A stretch of 64,000 bases of DNA. It comes from an uncultured delta proteobacterium. Its GTDB lineage: Bacteria > Desulfobacterota > Desulfuromonadia > Desulfuromonadales > BM103. The stretch lies in assembly GCA_963715335.1 (NCBI GenBank), contig CAVQRZ010000034.1:1-64000 (forward strand), given 5' to 3'. Of the stretch, positions 30,727 through 40,665 are shown piece by piece. Position 1 is the stretch's first letter. Every line of letters begins with the position of its first letter. A model generated the notes under the pieces. That model saw nothing but the letters and a program-made list of their open reading frames with translations. It was not told the origin of the DNA and did no database searches. Position numbers and translations under genes: made by a program.

Positions 30727-32328
30727 ATGAACCAGCAGACACATCGCGATGGCAATCGAACGACCGCTCTGGAAGTGCTTGCTGAGAGGGCTTATTCCTC
30801 CATCGCTTCAGCGTTCCCTGTCTGTGCCTGCAGTGATGAATTCTACTTCTTCCCGCAGATTGTGCAAACAGACCAGCCCTGGAACGCCTGGGATGATTTC
30901 TCCGCGCAGAAAGTTGCTGCCGTTGCAGATGTTTTGCGAGGGTATGAAAGAGACCTGTCGAAACTCGCTGTAGAGGATATGCCCGATGCCGATCAGATTG
31001 ACTTCGACCTTTTGCTGCAGGTGTTGCGGACTCTGTGCGAGCAGTTGACCGAGGTTGGGCCGCATCAATCGCAGCCGACATTTCACCTGACCGTCATCGC
31101 GGCCGGCCTTGCCGAAGCGCTGGCTTCACCATCGCCGCAGGCCTGGTCTGCGCGAGTGGCCGGGGTGCCGGCTTTTCTCCAGCGTGCGGCAGAGTGTCTG
31201 AGTGAAGTTCCCGAACTGTTTCACACCCTCGGCGTCGGGATGCTGCACGATGTGCAGCGATGGATCGAGCGTCTGCAGGTCGATGGTTTTGATACAGGTG
31301 AAATGCCGGGGGCCTTGCGAGGTTTCCGGGACGCGATGAAGCGGGTTGATGTCGTCGCAAGCCCTCTTCTGCCCGGAGAGGTCCTGGACCGCCTGATTGC
31401 TGAACATCTTGGCTGTGGGATGAGCATCGATTCCCTCGAGCCACTGCTACGGGACGAATTGGCCATGATGGAAGAGGTTCTGGCGCAGGAAGCCGCACAA
31501 CTCGCTCCAGGTAAAAGTTGGATAGAGGCCGGGCAGATTATTCCTTTCGCGGAAGCGGCGGGCGATGACCTGCTGGCACTCTATCGTCGCGAACTCGAGG
31601 TTGCCGAAGCCCACTGTCGCAGACAGGGGCTGGTTCCCGGCGGCGCGCCTGCGGCGGGGCCTCTCGTCATTGCCAAGGTCCCTGATTATCTGGCCGCAAT
31701 CCGGGCTGCGGATGCCTATGCGGCGATCCCCGGATATCCGCCGCGTGGGGGTACTTTTTTTGTCATGGAGGATGGACGGCCTTGTCATCACAGGCAGGGG
31801 CGTTCTCTCGAGTATCGGATGACTGCCGCTCACGAAGCCTGGCCGGGGCACCACCTGCTCGACTCATGTCGCTGGAATCTGGATCGTCCTCTGCGACGAC
31901 CGGTCGAGTCGCCCTTGTTTTATGAAGGCTGGGCTTGTCTTGCCGAGGAGTTGATGGCCCGGACCGGTTATTTCGATGGCCCGTGGGATCGCTTCCTGCT
32001 GGCCAAGCGACGGGCTGAGCGGGCCGCTCGTGGCCTGATCGATCTTGGCCTGCAGAGTGGGCGGATGACGATCGTGCAGGCGTATGAGCTTCTCCTGCGG
32101 GTAGGGTACAGTTCTACAACTGCCGATGCAGTCGTGCCGAAGTACCTTTTACGGCCAGGCTACCAGGTATGCTACACTCTTGGCTTGAAGCAGGGCCTGG
32201 ACCTGCTCGACAGGTTCGGTGGCCATGATATCGGTCTTTTTGTCCGCACCCTTCTCAGCCAGGGCGAAATCGGGTTTTCCCGGCTGGCGAAAATTCTGCC
32301 TGCAGCTTTGCAAAGGAGTCAACCGTGA
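30727..32328 (+). CDS. DUF885 family protein (metallopeptidase-like HExxPGHH)
   Basis: AHEAWPGHHL, FYEGWACLAEELM, RAARGLIDLGL, PGYQVCYTLG. Confidence 0.85.
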   Translation: MNQQTHRDGNRTTALEVLAERAYSSIASAFPVCACSDEFYFFPQIVQTDQPWNAWDDFSAQKVAAVADVLRGYERDLSKLAVEDMPDADQIDFDLLLQVLRTLCEQLTEVGPHQSQPTFHLTVIAAGLAEALASPSPQAWSARVAGVPAFLQRAAECLSEVPELFHTLGVGMLHDVQRWIERLQVDGFDTGEMPGALRGFRDAMKRVDVVASPLLPGEVLDRLIAEHLGCGMSIDSLEPLLRDELAMMEEVLAQEAAQLAPGKSWIEAGQIIPFAEAAGDDLLALYRRELEVAEAHCRRQGLVPGGAPAAGPLVIAKVPDYLAAIRAADAYAAIPGYPPRGGTFFVMEDGRPCHHRQGRSLEYRMTAAHEAWPGHHLLDSCRWNLDRPLRRPVESPLFYEGWACLAEELMARTGYFDGPWDRFLLAKRRAERAARGLIDLGLQSGRMTIVQAYELLLRVGYSSTTADAVVPKYLLRPGYQVCYTLGLKQGLDLLDRFGGHDIGLFVRTLLSQGEIGFSRLAKILPAALQRSQP

Positions 32329-33713
32329 AGGAATTTTGGGGGTATCATTCGGAATGGAATCTGGGCAGTCCCGGTGGCTGGGATTACCAGCGCATCACCC
32401 AGATTATCGGCAAGGCGATCTGGAAGCGTGTCAATCGAATCCGTCCGACCGGTATCGTTCTCGATTTTGACCATCCGCTGCTTTATCCGATCGATGGGTT
32501 CGTGCAGATGCTCCTGGCTGGCCATCGCCGTCTTGCGGGGAACAATCCTGGTCTGATGGCAGTGATTGCCGAGCAAGAGACTCTCGAGGATGTCACCGAG
32601 AATATCAACCTGGCCAAACGCCTTGACGCAATCGACGGGGTCAGCAGCGCATTGATGGCGCCCCATGAACTGGAATTGAGACAGGGTCGGGCCTGCTACC
32701 GGGGAACGCCGGTCTCGATTGCGTTCGTTGATTTTAACACCGACATCCTGCTCAATCTGCATCGCAAGCACAATCTGACGCCGCTTCTGCAACTGGTCAG
32801 CGAGGGTCGGGTCGTCAACCCGCGCGGCACTGAGCCGATCAACGTAAAAAGCATGTTCGAGGTGCTGACCTCCGCAGGCAACGATCGTTTCAGCCGCGCA
32901 TCGGTCGAACGCACACCGTGGACCCGACGGTTTTTACCCGGCCGGACGATCGGCCCCGACGGTGAGCCGATCCACGATCTGATTGAATGGACGCGTAAGA
33001 ACTGGAACGAACTGGTACTCAAGCCGGAGCGTGGCTACTCGGGGTTCGGGGTCCGGGTCGGGTGCGTCAACCCGGATGCTGATGAAGCGGTCGGTTTAGC
33101 TCTTGAGAAGGGCCAGTATATCGTCCAGGAGAAGATTCCCCTGCACCTCTGGGCAGAAGAATGCGTCAGCTATGATGCGCTGGCGGGCGTTGAGCTGACC
33201 CGCTACCAGACCGATTTCCGCTGTCTGTTTGGCCGGGACGGCCTGTTCGGATTCCTGGTGCGTTACGGGGGCGTGCCAACCAACGTTGGCAGCGGCGGCG
33301 GTGTCCAACCCCTGGCGTTGTTGCGCTCGAACCTGACAACCGCAGAGGCCGCCAAACGGATCAACGATGCCCTGATGAGCATTGATCCTGATGAGTTGCG
33401 CGGGGTACTTGAAATGCAGCAGCAAATGGCACTGGACCACCGGTTCACTTACCTGCTCGGCCCGATCCGCATTGCTTTGCGGCCGCGCCTGATTGTCGAG
33501 CCCCATCTTGACCAGTTACGTAAATATACCGAAGCGGTCTGGAGCGATTGCCTGCTCCTCGAAAAAATGTATCTCGAAGGTGCATTGAAGGAGATGATAG
33601 ACATCGAGGACGAAGAACTGAGCATCTCCCGGTCACAACCCTGGGGCGGTGCGGCGGCTATCTTTGCCTCGGACGGCCTGTTCAGTTTCGGCGCCCATCC
33701 GGAGGCGCCATGA
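32325..33713 (+). CDS. ATP-grasp-like amide ligase (circularly permuted / glutathionylspermidine-synthase-like)
   Basis: LVLKPERGYSGFGV, YIVQEKI, TDFR, TNVGSGGG, N-terminal EWNLGSPGG; GTGA overlap with the upstream stop. Confidence 0.7.
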   Translation: MKEFWGYHSEWNLGSPGGWDYQRITQIIGKAIWKRVNRIRPTGIVLDFDHPLLYPIDGFVQMLLAGHRRLAGNNPGLMAVIAEQETLEDVTENINLAKRLDAIDGVSSALMAPHELELRQGRACYRGTPVSIAFVDFNTDILLNLHRKHNLTPLLQLVSEGRVVNPRGTEPINVKSMFEVLTSAGNDRFSRASVERTPWTRRFLPGRTIGPDGEPIHDLIEWTRKNWNELVLKPERGYSGFGVRVGCVNPDADEAVGLALEKGQYIVQEKIPLHLWAEECVSYDALAGVELTRYQTDFRCLFGRDGLFGFLVRYGGVPTNVGSGGGVQPLALLRSNLTTAEAAKRINDALMSIDPDELRGVLEMQQQMALDHRFTYLLGPIRIALRPRLIVEPHLDQLRKYTEAVWSDCLLLEKMYLEGALKEMIDIEDEELSISRSQPWGGAAAIFASDGLFSFGAHPEAP

Positions 33714-34507
33714 AAATCGATGTCGACCCGGACTGGTGGAAGACGCTGTTCGACGATGTTTACCTGATGACCGATGCCCGAACGGTGTGCGACGATGAGA
33801 TCACCCGCCGCGAGGTCGATGCGGTTTGCAGCCTTCTGCCAATGGCGAAAAACGATGCCATCCTCGACCTTTGTGGCGGCCAGGGCCGTCACAGCCTCGA
33901 ACTGGCAAGCCGTGGGTACGAGCATTGCACCGTGCTCGATTATTCACATGTCCTGCTCGAACACGGTCGTTCAAGCGCCCTGAAGTCGGAGCTCTCGGTT
34001 GACTTTGTGCAAGGCGATGCCGCCGCAACCGGCCTGCCGGACCAGGCTTTTGACCACGTCCTGATTCTGGGGAATTCCCTTGGCTACATGCCGGAGTCTT
34101 CGGCGGATCTGCAGATCATGCAGGAGGTCATGCGGATGCTGAAACCCGGTGGCCATCTGCTGCTCGATGTCACCGATGGCGCCTTGGTGCGGGAGAATTT
34201 CAATCCGAATGCCTGGCATGAAATTGACGAAAAAATCGTCGTTTGTCGGCAGAGACAGCTTGATAAGGATTTGATTCGTGCCCGCGAAGTTGTGATCTGC
34301 AAGGAGCAGGGAATGATGCGAGACCAGGCTTATGCCATCCGACTTTTCCTGCCGGAGGCTCTTGAGGCCCTGGTCGGCGACGCCGGATTTGTCGAGGTTT
34401 GCATGCAGCGGGGGTTCTCTGCGCATGAAAAAGCAGGCGATTATGGCTTTATGAATCACCGCCTGCTGGTCGTGGCCAGAAAGCCTGAACCGGGAGTAAA
34501 ACTCTAG
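33710..34507 (+). CDS. Class I SAM-dependent methyltransferase
   Basis: ILDLCGGQGRH, VLDYS, QGDA, LKPGG; ATGA overlap with the upstream stop and GGAGG RBS. Confidence 0.92.
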   Translation: MKIDVDPDWWKTLFDDVYLMTDARTVCDDEITRREVDAVCSLLPMAKNDAILDLCGGQGRHSLELASRGYEHCTVLDYSHVLLEHGRSSALKSELSVDFVQGDAAATGLPDQAFDHVLILGNSLGYMPESSADLQIMQEVMRMLKPGGHLLLDVTDGALVRENFNPNAWHEIDEKIVVCRQRQLDKDLIRAREVVICKEQGMMRDQAYAIRLFLPEALEALVGDAGFVEVCMQRGFSAHEKAGDYGFMNHRLLVVARKPEPGVKL

Positions 34508-35025
34508 CGCTGCTGCCTCTCCCACAAGCCGACACCCGCCTGTTTCGCCTGTGCTTCGGCGGCGAGAAAATCCTGTTTCATTCTGAAGGTGAATTTCCGG
34601 TAGACGACGGCCAGCCCCTGTTCAAGCAGCATGCGGTTGAGGAGACGGCCGTCCGGCAGGTAAACGTAGGCCAGCAGGCGCCCGTAACGGTCGCGCGGCG
34701 GGTGATCGAACGACAGGGAGATGGTTTGTCCCTTGACATGCCTGATGTTGAACGCCTTGGCGTTTTGATAGATCTCTCGTTGCCTTGGGGCCGGAATGCC
34801 CTGTTTCTCCAGGAACGTGTCACGAGGGGAATCCTCGCGCTCCGGCGTATCGATGCCGATCAGGCGGACCTTGCCAAGGGTGTCGATTTCAAGGGTGTCG
34901 CCGTCGTGGACCCAGGCAACGGTTCCCTGCAGGGTGTCCGTCGGTTCATCGGCGCAGGCTGGCAGGACCAGGATAAGCCCGGCGAGGAGAGCCAGGCAAA
35001 AGCGCACAATCAACCGCGTCCCCAC
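34504..35025 (-). CDS. Thermonuclease (SNase) family protein
   Basis: DGDT, VRLIGIDTPE, DRYGRLLAYV, LEQGLA, GLW. Confidence 0.93.
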   Translation of the reverse strand: MGTRLIVRFCLALLAGLILVLPACADEPTDTLQGTVAWVHDGDTLEIDTLGKVRLIGIDTPEREDSPRDTFLEKQGIPAPRQREIYQNAKAFNIRHVKGQTISLSFDHPPRDRYGRLLAYVYLPDGRLLNRMLLEQGLAVVYRKFTFRMKQDFLAAEAQAKQAGVGLWERQQR

Positions 35026-35435
35026 AGGATCCGGCAGAACACACCGGTGAAGAACCCCCAGACCAGGTTGTAGAGTAAAACAAACAAGGGTGTGAACTGC
35101 CCCAGGTCCAGGCCCAGCATGTCATGACTGGTCAGCTGTGGATAGACAAACAGGAGCTGGAAGAGCGTGGGCAGGAGGCTTATCCAGAGGCCCTTGCGGA
35201 CCCAATGGCGGCGCGACTTGAGTGGCCCGACGGCGAGAAAGTAGGCCAGACCCCACACCCCGCCCCAAATCAGGCGCGAGTAAAGCCATGGCAGGGTCAA
35301 CGCTGGCGACATGCGGACATCAAGCATTGCGGGCAAGCCCAGCTGACCGGCTTTCCAGGTAACCAGGCTGCTGCAGAGAGCGCCAAGTACGCCGGCACAG
35401 AAACAAACGGTCATCAGGACTGTGGTGCGTGTCAT
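35010..35435 (-). CDS. Hypothetical four-TM membrane protein
   Basis: 141 aa hydrophobic ORF with GGAG RBS, co-oriented with larE. Confidence 0.75.
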   Translation of the reverse strand: MTRTTVLMTVCFCAGVLGALCSSLVTWKAGQLGLPAMLDVRMSPALTLPWLYSRLIWGGVWGLAYFLAVGPLKSRRHWVRKGLWISLLPTLFQLLFVYPQLTSHDMLGLDLGQFTPLFVLLYNLVWGFFTGVFCRILWGRG

Positions 35436-35456
35436 GGCTCCTCCAGGGGGTGTGGC

Positions 35457-36278
35457 TCAGCTCTTGTCCAGGGCTGTCCCCTCGTTCATACTGCCGGTCC
35501 GATACCCCTGCAAGTCCAGGGCGACATAGGTGAACCCGGCATCCTTGAATTCGGTCAGAATCTTCTCTCGCCTCTCATCATCAATGATTCTGGCTAGTTC
35601 GTCAAGACCAACCTCGATGCGGGCGGTATCGCCATGGTAACGGACCCGAAAGGTGTGAAAACCGTTTTCACGCATGAACGTTTCGCAGCGATCGATCTGC
35701 TGCAGGCGTTCCGCGGTGATGCGTGTGCCGTACGGAAACCGTGATGCGAGGCAGGCAAATGGCTGCTTGTCGGCGGTCGACAGGCCATTCCTCCGGCTTA
35801 AGGTGCGGATGTCCTTCTTGGTCAGTCCGGCCTCGAGAAGGGGCGAGCGGATTTTGAGCTCGGTGGCCGCTTGCCGGCCGGGGCGATAGTCGTCGAGGTC
35901 GTCGAGGTTGGAGCCATCCAGGACGACCGCATAACCGAGCTCTTTGGCCTTGCCCAGACAGATATCGAACAGCTCCTTCTTGCAATGGTAGCAGCGCTGC
36001 GGCGGATTATCGGCAAAGCCCGGGATTTCCAGTTCATTGCTGTCAACGACAACCTGGCGGACACCGAGTTCGCGAGCCAGTCGGACGCTTTCATTGAATT
36101 CGTGACTGGGGTAGGTCGGTGACGTGGCTGTCAGGGCAACCACCTTGTCGGCGCCGAGGACCTGCCGGGCCATGTACAGGAGAAAGGTCGAGTCTACGCC
36201 GCCGGAAAAGGCGACGACGACCGAGCCCAGTTCTGTGAGCAGCTCTTCCAACTTCTGGTTTTTTGATTCAATAGACAT
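35457..36278 (-). CDS. larE: LarE-family ATP-dependent sulfur transferase
   Basis: VAFSGGVDS PP-loop, RCYHCKK, DDLDDYRPG, ACLASRFPYG, DLQGYRTGSMN. Confidence 0.92.
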   Translation of the reverse strand: MSIESKNQKLEELLTELGSVVVAFSGGVDSTFLLYMARQVLGADKVVALTATSPTYPSHEFNESVRLARELGVRQVVVDSNELEIPGFADNPPQRCYHCKKELFDICLGKAKELGYAVVLDGSNLDDLDDYRPGRQAATELKIRSPLLEAGLTKKDIRTLSRRNGLSTADKQPFACLASRFPYGTRITAERLQQIDRCETFMRENGFHTFRVRYHGDTARIEVGLDELARIIDDERREKILTEFKDAGFTYVALDLQGYRTGSMNEGTALDKS

Positions 36279-36288
36279 AGGATTAAAG

Positions 36289-36318
36289 AAGGCCTCCTGC
36301 CTTCGGGCCGGAGGCCTT
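36289..36318 (-). terminator. Hairpin between cysK and larE
   Basis: AAGGCCTCC/GGAGGCCTT stem. Confidence 0.55.
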
Positions 36319-36345
36319 ATGACCTTTCGCTTAGCGGGTTACTGC

Positions 36346-37257
36346 TTAATCAAAGATGTTGGTCGAGAGATAGCGTTCGCCGGTATCACAGAGGATCGTC
36401 ACCACGTTCTGTCCCGGTTTCAATTGTGCAGCGACCTGCCGGGCAGCGAAAACGTTGGCTCCCGCCGAAATGCCGACGAAGATTCCTTCCGTGCGGGCCA
36501 GTTGCCGGGCTGTCTGCATCGCGTCTTCATTGCTGACCGTGATGATCCGTGCATAGATCCCCGTGTTGAGGACATCCGGGACAAACCCGGCACCGATTCC
36601 CTGGATCTTGTGCGGCCCGGGTTCACCACCGGAGAGTACCGCCGAATCAGCCGGTTCGACGGCAACGATCAGGGCTTCCGGGTTTTGATTTTTAATTGCC
36701 TGGCCGACACCGGTAATCGTCCCGCCGGTCCCGACACCGGCGACCAGCGCATCAACCTGGTTGTCGAGGGCGCGCAATATTTCTGGCCCGGTCGTCTCCA
36801 GATGCACCTTGGGGTTGGCGGGGTTGCAGAACTGCTGCGGCATGAAGGCTTGGCGTTCAGCTGCAATCTCCTCAGCTTTTTCGATCGCCCCGCGCATCCC
36901 CTTCGCCCCGGGGGTGAGAATCAGCTCGGCACCGAAAGCCCCCAGTAAACGACGCCTTTCCATGGACATGGTGTCAGGCATTGTCAGGACCACCTGGTAG
37001 CCCTTGATCGTGCCGACCAGGGATATGCCGATACCGGTGTTGCCGCTGGTAGGCTCGACAATCACGTCGCCGGGCTTGATGAGACCGTCTTTCTCGGCCT
37101 GTTCGATCATGGCTTTGGCGATGCGATCCTTGACACTGCCGCCCGGGTTGGCGCTTTCAAGCTTTCCCCAGAGGGTCGCTGAGCCTTTCGGGGTGTTGAT
37201 TCTTACCAGTGGAGTGTTGCCGATGCGGTCAAGCTCTGAGGAGAATTTATCAGCCAT
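36346..37257 (-). CDS. cysK: Cysteine synthase A
   Basis: [49 protein letters not shown]. Confidence 0.96.
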   Translation of the reverse strand: MADKFSSELDRIGNTPLVRINTPKGSATLWGKLESANPGGSVKDRIAKAMIEQAEKDGLIKPGDVIVEPTSGNTGIGISLVGTIKGYQVVLTMPDTMSMERRRLLGAFGAELILTPGAKGMRGAIEKAEEIAAERQAFMPQQFCNPANPKVHLETTGPEILRALDNQVDALVAGVGTGGTITGVGQAIKNQNPEALIVAVEPADSAVLSGGEPGPHKIQGIGAGFVPDVLNTGIYARIITVSNEDAMQTARQLARTEGIFVGISAGANVFAARQVAAQLKPGQNVVTILCDTGERYLSTNIFD

Positions 37258-37285
37258 TGTGAGACCTCTCTGGAGGGTGTTGCAG

Positions 37286-37753
37286 CTAGATGAAATACAT
37301 GAAACGATGGTCCAGTTCTTTTTCCATGCCCATGGCTTTTGCATCGTCGCAAAGGTCTTTCAGCGTCACGGAGCCCAGGTAGTCATTCAGGCGCTTGCTT
37401 GCCTCCAACCAGACTTTCTGAGTGACACATTCATTGTCGAATTCACAGGTTTTTTTGCACCCCTTGCCGGACTTGACACAATCGACCAGGGCCATTTCGC
37501 CTTCTGCTGCCATAATGATCTGGCTGGCGGTGATTTCATCCGGTTTACGGGAGAGGAAGTACCCTCCCTGCGGGCCTCTCCGGCTTTTCAGAAGCCCGCC
37601 GCGTTTGAGGTCCTGAAATATCTGTTCCAGATAGCGTGGCGAGATGTTTTGACGACGGCTGATGTCCTTGATTTGTGCCGGCAGCGTACCGGCATGATAG
37701 GCCATGTCAAAGAGAGCCCGCAATCCGTAGCGGCTTTTGGTGGATAAGCGCAT
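37286..37753 (-). CDS. Rrf2-family regulator (IscR/CymR-like) with Cys cluster
   Basis: [39 protein letters not shown]. Confidence 0.93.
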   Translation of the reverse strand: MRLSTKSRYGLRALFDMAYHAGTLPAQIKDISRRQNISPRYLEQIFQDLKRGGLLKSRRGPQGGYFLSRKPDEITASQIIMAAEGEMALVDCVKSGKGCKKTCEFDNECVTQKVWLEASKRLNDYLGSVTLKDLCDDAKAMGMEKELDHRFMYFI

Positions 37754-37892
37754 GAGTAATCTCCTAAAACTTAGTTGGTATGATATTTATTAAAGTCTAT
37801 TTTGTTTGTCAAGAATTAAGTTGCCGCTAACCGGCCCTCCCGGCAGAAAATGTTTTATAGTATTTAATGCAATCTGCATGATAGGCTTCGTC

Positions 37893-38402
37893 ATGGTAGA
37901 GACTGATTACGCAATCAAGGCTCCTGTTTCATGGTTGCCGGCCGGGTTGATCAGCTGGTACTCACCTGATGGCATCTCCGTTGCCATGGTGACTTCGTGG
38001 GTCGCCCTGATCGGCGGTGATGCCCTCCGCATCAAAACGGCATGGTATGGACGACACAGCCCCCTGTCGCGATTATGGACGGGTGGAGACTTTGTTTTCA
38101 ATGTTCCGTCCGAATCAGGGTTGAAAGCTGTCCGTGATCTGATCAGACAGGGCCAGGTCTGTCTGGATGCTCAGGCCGACCTGCGGCAAACGTGTGCAAG
38201 AGGGGATTCTGTCTGGGCTCCCCGCCTGACCGATTGTGCTGTGCAACTCGAATGTGTTGGTGGGGCGCTGTCCGATTCGGGTTACGACACCGAGTTGAGC
38301 GGCGATGTGGTTCGCCTGCACAGGGGGAGGGCCACCATGGCAGTCGCCGGGGGTGAGGACCTCTGTGCGATTCAACCGTTAAGCCCGTTATCGTGCGAGT
38401 GA
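37893..38402 (+). CDS. Flavin-reductase-like (split-barrel) protein, divergent
   Basis: MVTSWV, GGDFVFNVP, APRLTDCAVQLEC, GDVV. Confidence 0.6.
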   Translation: MVETDYAIKAPVSWLPAGLISWYSPDGISVAMVTSWVALIGGDALRIKTAWYGRHSPLSRLWTGGDFVFNVPSESGLKAVRDLIRQGQVCLDAQADLRQTCARGDSVWAPRLTDCAVQLECVGGALSDSGYDTELSGDVVRLHRGRATMAVAGGEDLCAIQPLSPLSCE

Positions 38403-38460
38403 GTTTGTGCTGCGGGTGGGCCACACGACATAGACCGCAATAAGGGTGTTGAAGCTGACC

Positions 38461-39025
38461 CAAGCGCTGACAACGTTCAGCTTTGATGTTTAGAAGGGCA
38501 ACAGATGGTTCATCTGTTGCCCTTTGCTGTTGTTCTCTGGAAAACAAAGACAAAAACAGAACCCGGGGGTTGCGCCCCCCGACTGCGCCTTACTCTTTTG
38601 CTGGCCCAAAAGAGTAAGCAGAAAAAGGCCTGCGCTGCGCTGGGCATGTCTGGCTCGGAGTGGCGGCGACCTCAATCCGGATCGTTCTAAACGATCAAAA
38701 GCCTACGCTTCCCCCGCAGGAGCCGAGGCTCTTGAGAGCCTCTCCTGCTGTGGAGGCTTGCGTCGGTAGAGGTTGTTTTGGCTTTTCCCATGTAAATCAC
38801 ACGGCAAGGTCAGGCCCTTTGACACAGGGCCGGATCCCCATCACAGCAGGTTCTTGAAGTCACAGACATCCGGCAAAGGAGATGCCCTCCGCAAGGAGAA
38901 GGCACTTTTGCATACTTTTGTTGCCGGACAAAAGTATGGCGTCGGGCGGGACGCGACCCGCCGGTTTTGCTTTTAAGTATTTCAAGAAAAGGAAAAAGGG
39001 CAACAGATTAACCATCTGTTGCCTA
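38461..39025 (+). repeat. Copy B of the hairpin-rich intergenic repeat
   Basis: Palindromes at 38494-38524 and 38999-39023; core matches copies A and D. Confidence 0.92.
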
Positions 39026-39045
39026 AATTTCACAAAAACTCCTAG

Positions 39046-39087
39046 AAAAAACTAAAGGGCCAGCTGATGCCGGCCCTTTAGTTTTTA
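39046..39087. terminator. Bidirectional terminator
   Basis: AAAAACTAAAGGGCC...GGCCCTTTAGTTTTT. Confidence 0.8.
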
Positions 39088-39100
39088 TGAATAGCTTGAA

Positions 39101-39574
39101 TTACTCGTCTTCGCTGGGCCAATGCAGGTTGTCAACGAAAGAGGAGATGCCGAAGGTAACCAGGAATACAACCGTTGACACGGCCAGGCTGGCGCTGAAG
39201 GGTATCAGGAACATTTTGTGTCCCAGGTACTCCCAGCAGAACATGATGCCGGCAATCCAGCCAAGGGTGAAGCTGACACCGACCACATGTTTGATAAGCT
39301 CGAGGTAGATAACAAAGGTGTAGATCATGTCGCCGGCCGTTTCGGCACAGCAGCCTTCCAGCTCAAGGCGACGGTTGAGACTGGTCGCGAACAGGCGGCA
39401 GGCGATCCACATGCAGAGGAAAAAGATGCCGGTGTAGATACCGTGGCGAGCGAGAAGGCTGGCCTGTGCATCAATTTTCTGAATGCCGACGGCGAAAAAA
39501 AGCGATGTCATGAATCCGGCGAGGTAAACCGGGCGGGTGTTCTTGATAACTGCAACTCTGATTTTCTGGAACAT
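39101..39574 (-). CDS. Hypothetical membrane protein
   Basis: 157 aa, several TM segments, AGGAG RBS, own terminator. Confidence 0.75.
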   Translation of the reverse strand: MFQKIRVAVIKNTRPVYLAGFMTSLFFAVGIQKIDAQASLLARHGIYTGIFFLCMWIACRLFATSLNRRLELEGCCAETAGDMIYTFVIYLELIKHVVGVSFTLGWIAGIMFCWEYLGHKMFLIPFSASLAVSTVVFLVTFGISSFVDNLHWPSEDE

Positions 39575-39659
39575 ATCAATCTCCTGAATCGATTGGCTGG
39601 TCCATGATCCCTCTAATGAGTGAGTATATTCTCTCCGTTTCGCGGTTGTCAGTCCAGTT

Positions 39660-39805
39660 AGAAATGTATAATTTAATCTTGTTTAATTTGGGGATTAAAA
39701 TTAAAATAAACCAATATAATTAGATGGTTAGCTTCGTAACTAACTGATTTTAATCCGCATTTAAATTAAAGATTAAAATTATTTTTCGCTAATTTTAATC
39801 TTTGG
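39660..39805. promoter_or_regulatory. AT-rich regulatory region with repeated GATTAAAAT half-sites
   Basis: Perfect 14-bp inverted repeat 39768-39781/39790-39803 and 10-bp inverted pair 39692-39701/39747-39756. Confidence 0.55.
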
Positions 39806-39838
39806 GGTTTCTTGCTGCTCCAGGAGGGGCGCTTTGTC

Positions 39839-40556
39839 TCAGGAGCAGGGCTTAAGGCGTCCGAGCAGTGCGGGAACTGCCGTTTCGACCCGGAGCGGTC
39901 GCGGACCGAGGTGGACGGGCTTCAGCCCCGCTTCCTCCAGTTTCTTCGATTTCATAGGGTGTAAACCCACCTTCCGGGCCGATTGCCAGGGTGACGGTCT
40001 CGTTCAGGTTGGCTGGACAGGGGCGAGCAGCGTGCGGGTGTGCGACGAGGGCGCAGGTCCCGTTTGCAATTGATGGGAGGTCATCTTCGACGAAGGGTTT
40101 GAAGCGTTGCTGGATTTCCACTATGGGGAGAATTGTGTCTCGTGCCTGTTCCAGCCCGAGAAACAGCTGCTCCCGCAAATTTTCCGCTGTCAGGATCGGA
40201 CTCTGCCAGTAGCTTTTATCGACGTGCCAGCTGTTTAGCAGAACGATCCGCTTTACTCCCATGGCAGTTATGCCTTGCAGGACACGCCTGAGAACCTTGG
40301 GCCGCGGCAGTGCCATGATGAGAGTGGCCGGCACAGCATATGGAGGCTCCTGTGTCAGGATGACCGTCAGTTCTACCGCGTCCTTGGCAACGAGAGAAAC
40401 GGTCCCTGTGCCGATTTTCCCGCCGAGCAGACCAACCTGAAAACATTTCCCCGGCACGGCGGAGAGAATGTCGCGAATATGTGTAAAACGACGGCCGTGC
40501 AACCTGACGCGGTCGTCTCTTACAAAATCTTCCCTGTGCAGTAGAATGAGATTCAT
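39839..40556 (-). CDS. rsmE: 16S rRNA m3U1498 methyltransferase RsmE, +1 frameshift near 39945
   Basis: LPRPKVL, GLEQARDT, IGPEGGF; shifted frame gives KLEEAGLKPVHLGPRPLRVETAVPALLGRL. Confidence 0.88.
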
Positions 40557-40665
40557 GCTTCTGTCTGATGTCGGAGAGGTTTGCCCAGGTCGCCGTCATG
40601 GCGGGGGCTGCCGTTGCATTTGGCCAACCTTTCGGCAGACGAGGCCCTCCTGCAGAGCTGACGGT

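Noticed and set aside
34504..35025. Thermonuclease as part of a defence system with the adjacent methyltransferase
   Set aside because: Opposite strand, has a signal peptide, and the methyltransferase lacks DNA-MTase motifs (DPPY/NPPY/PC).
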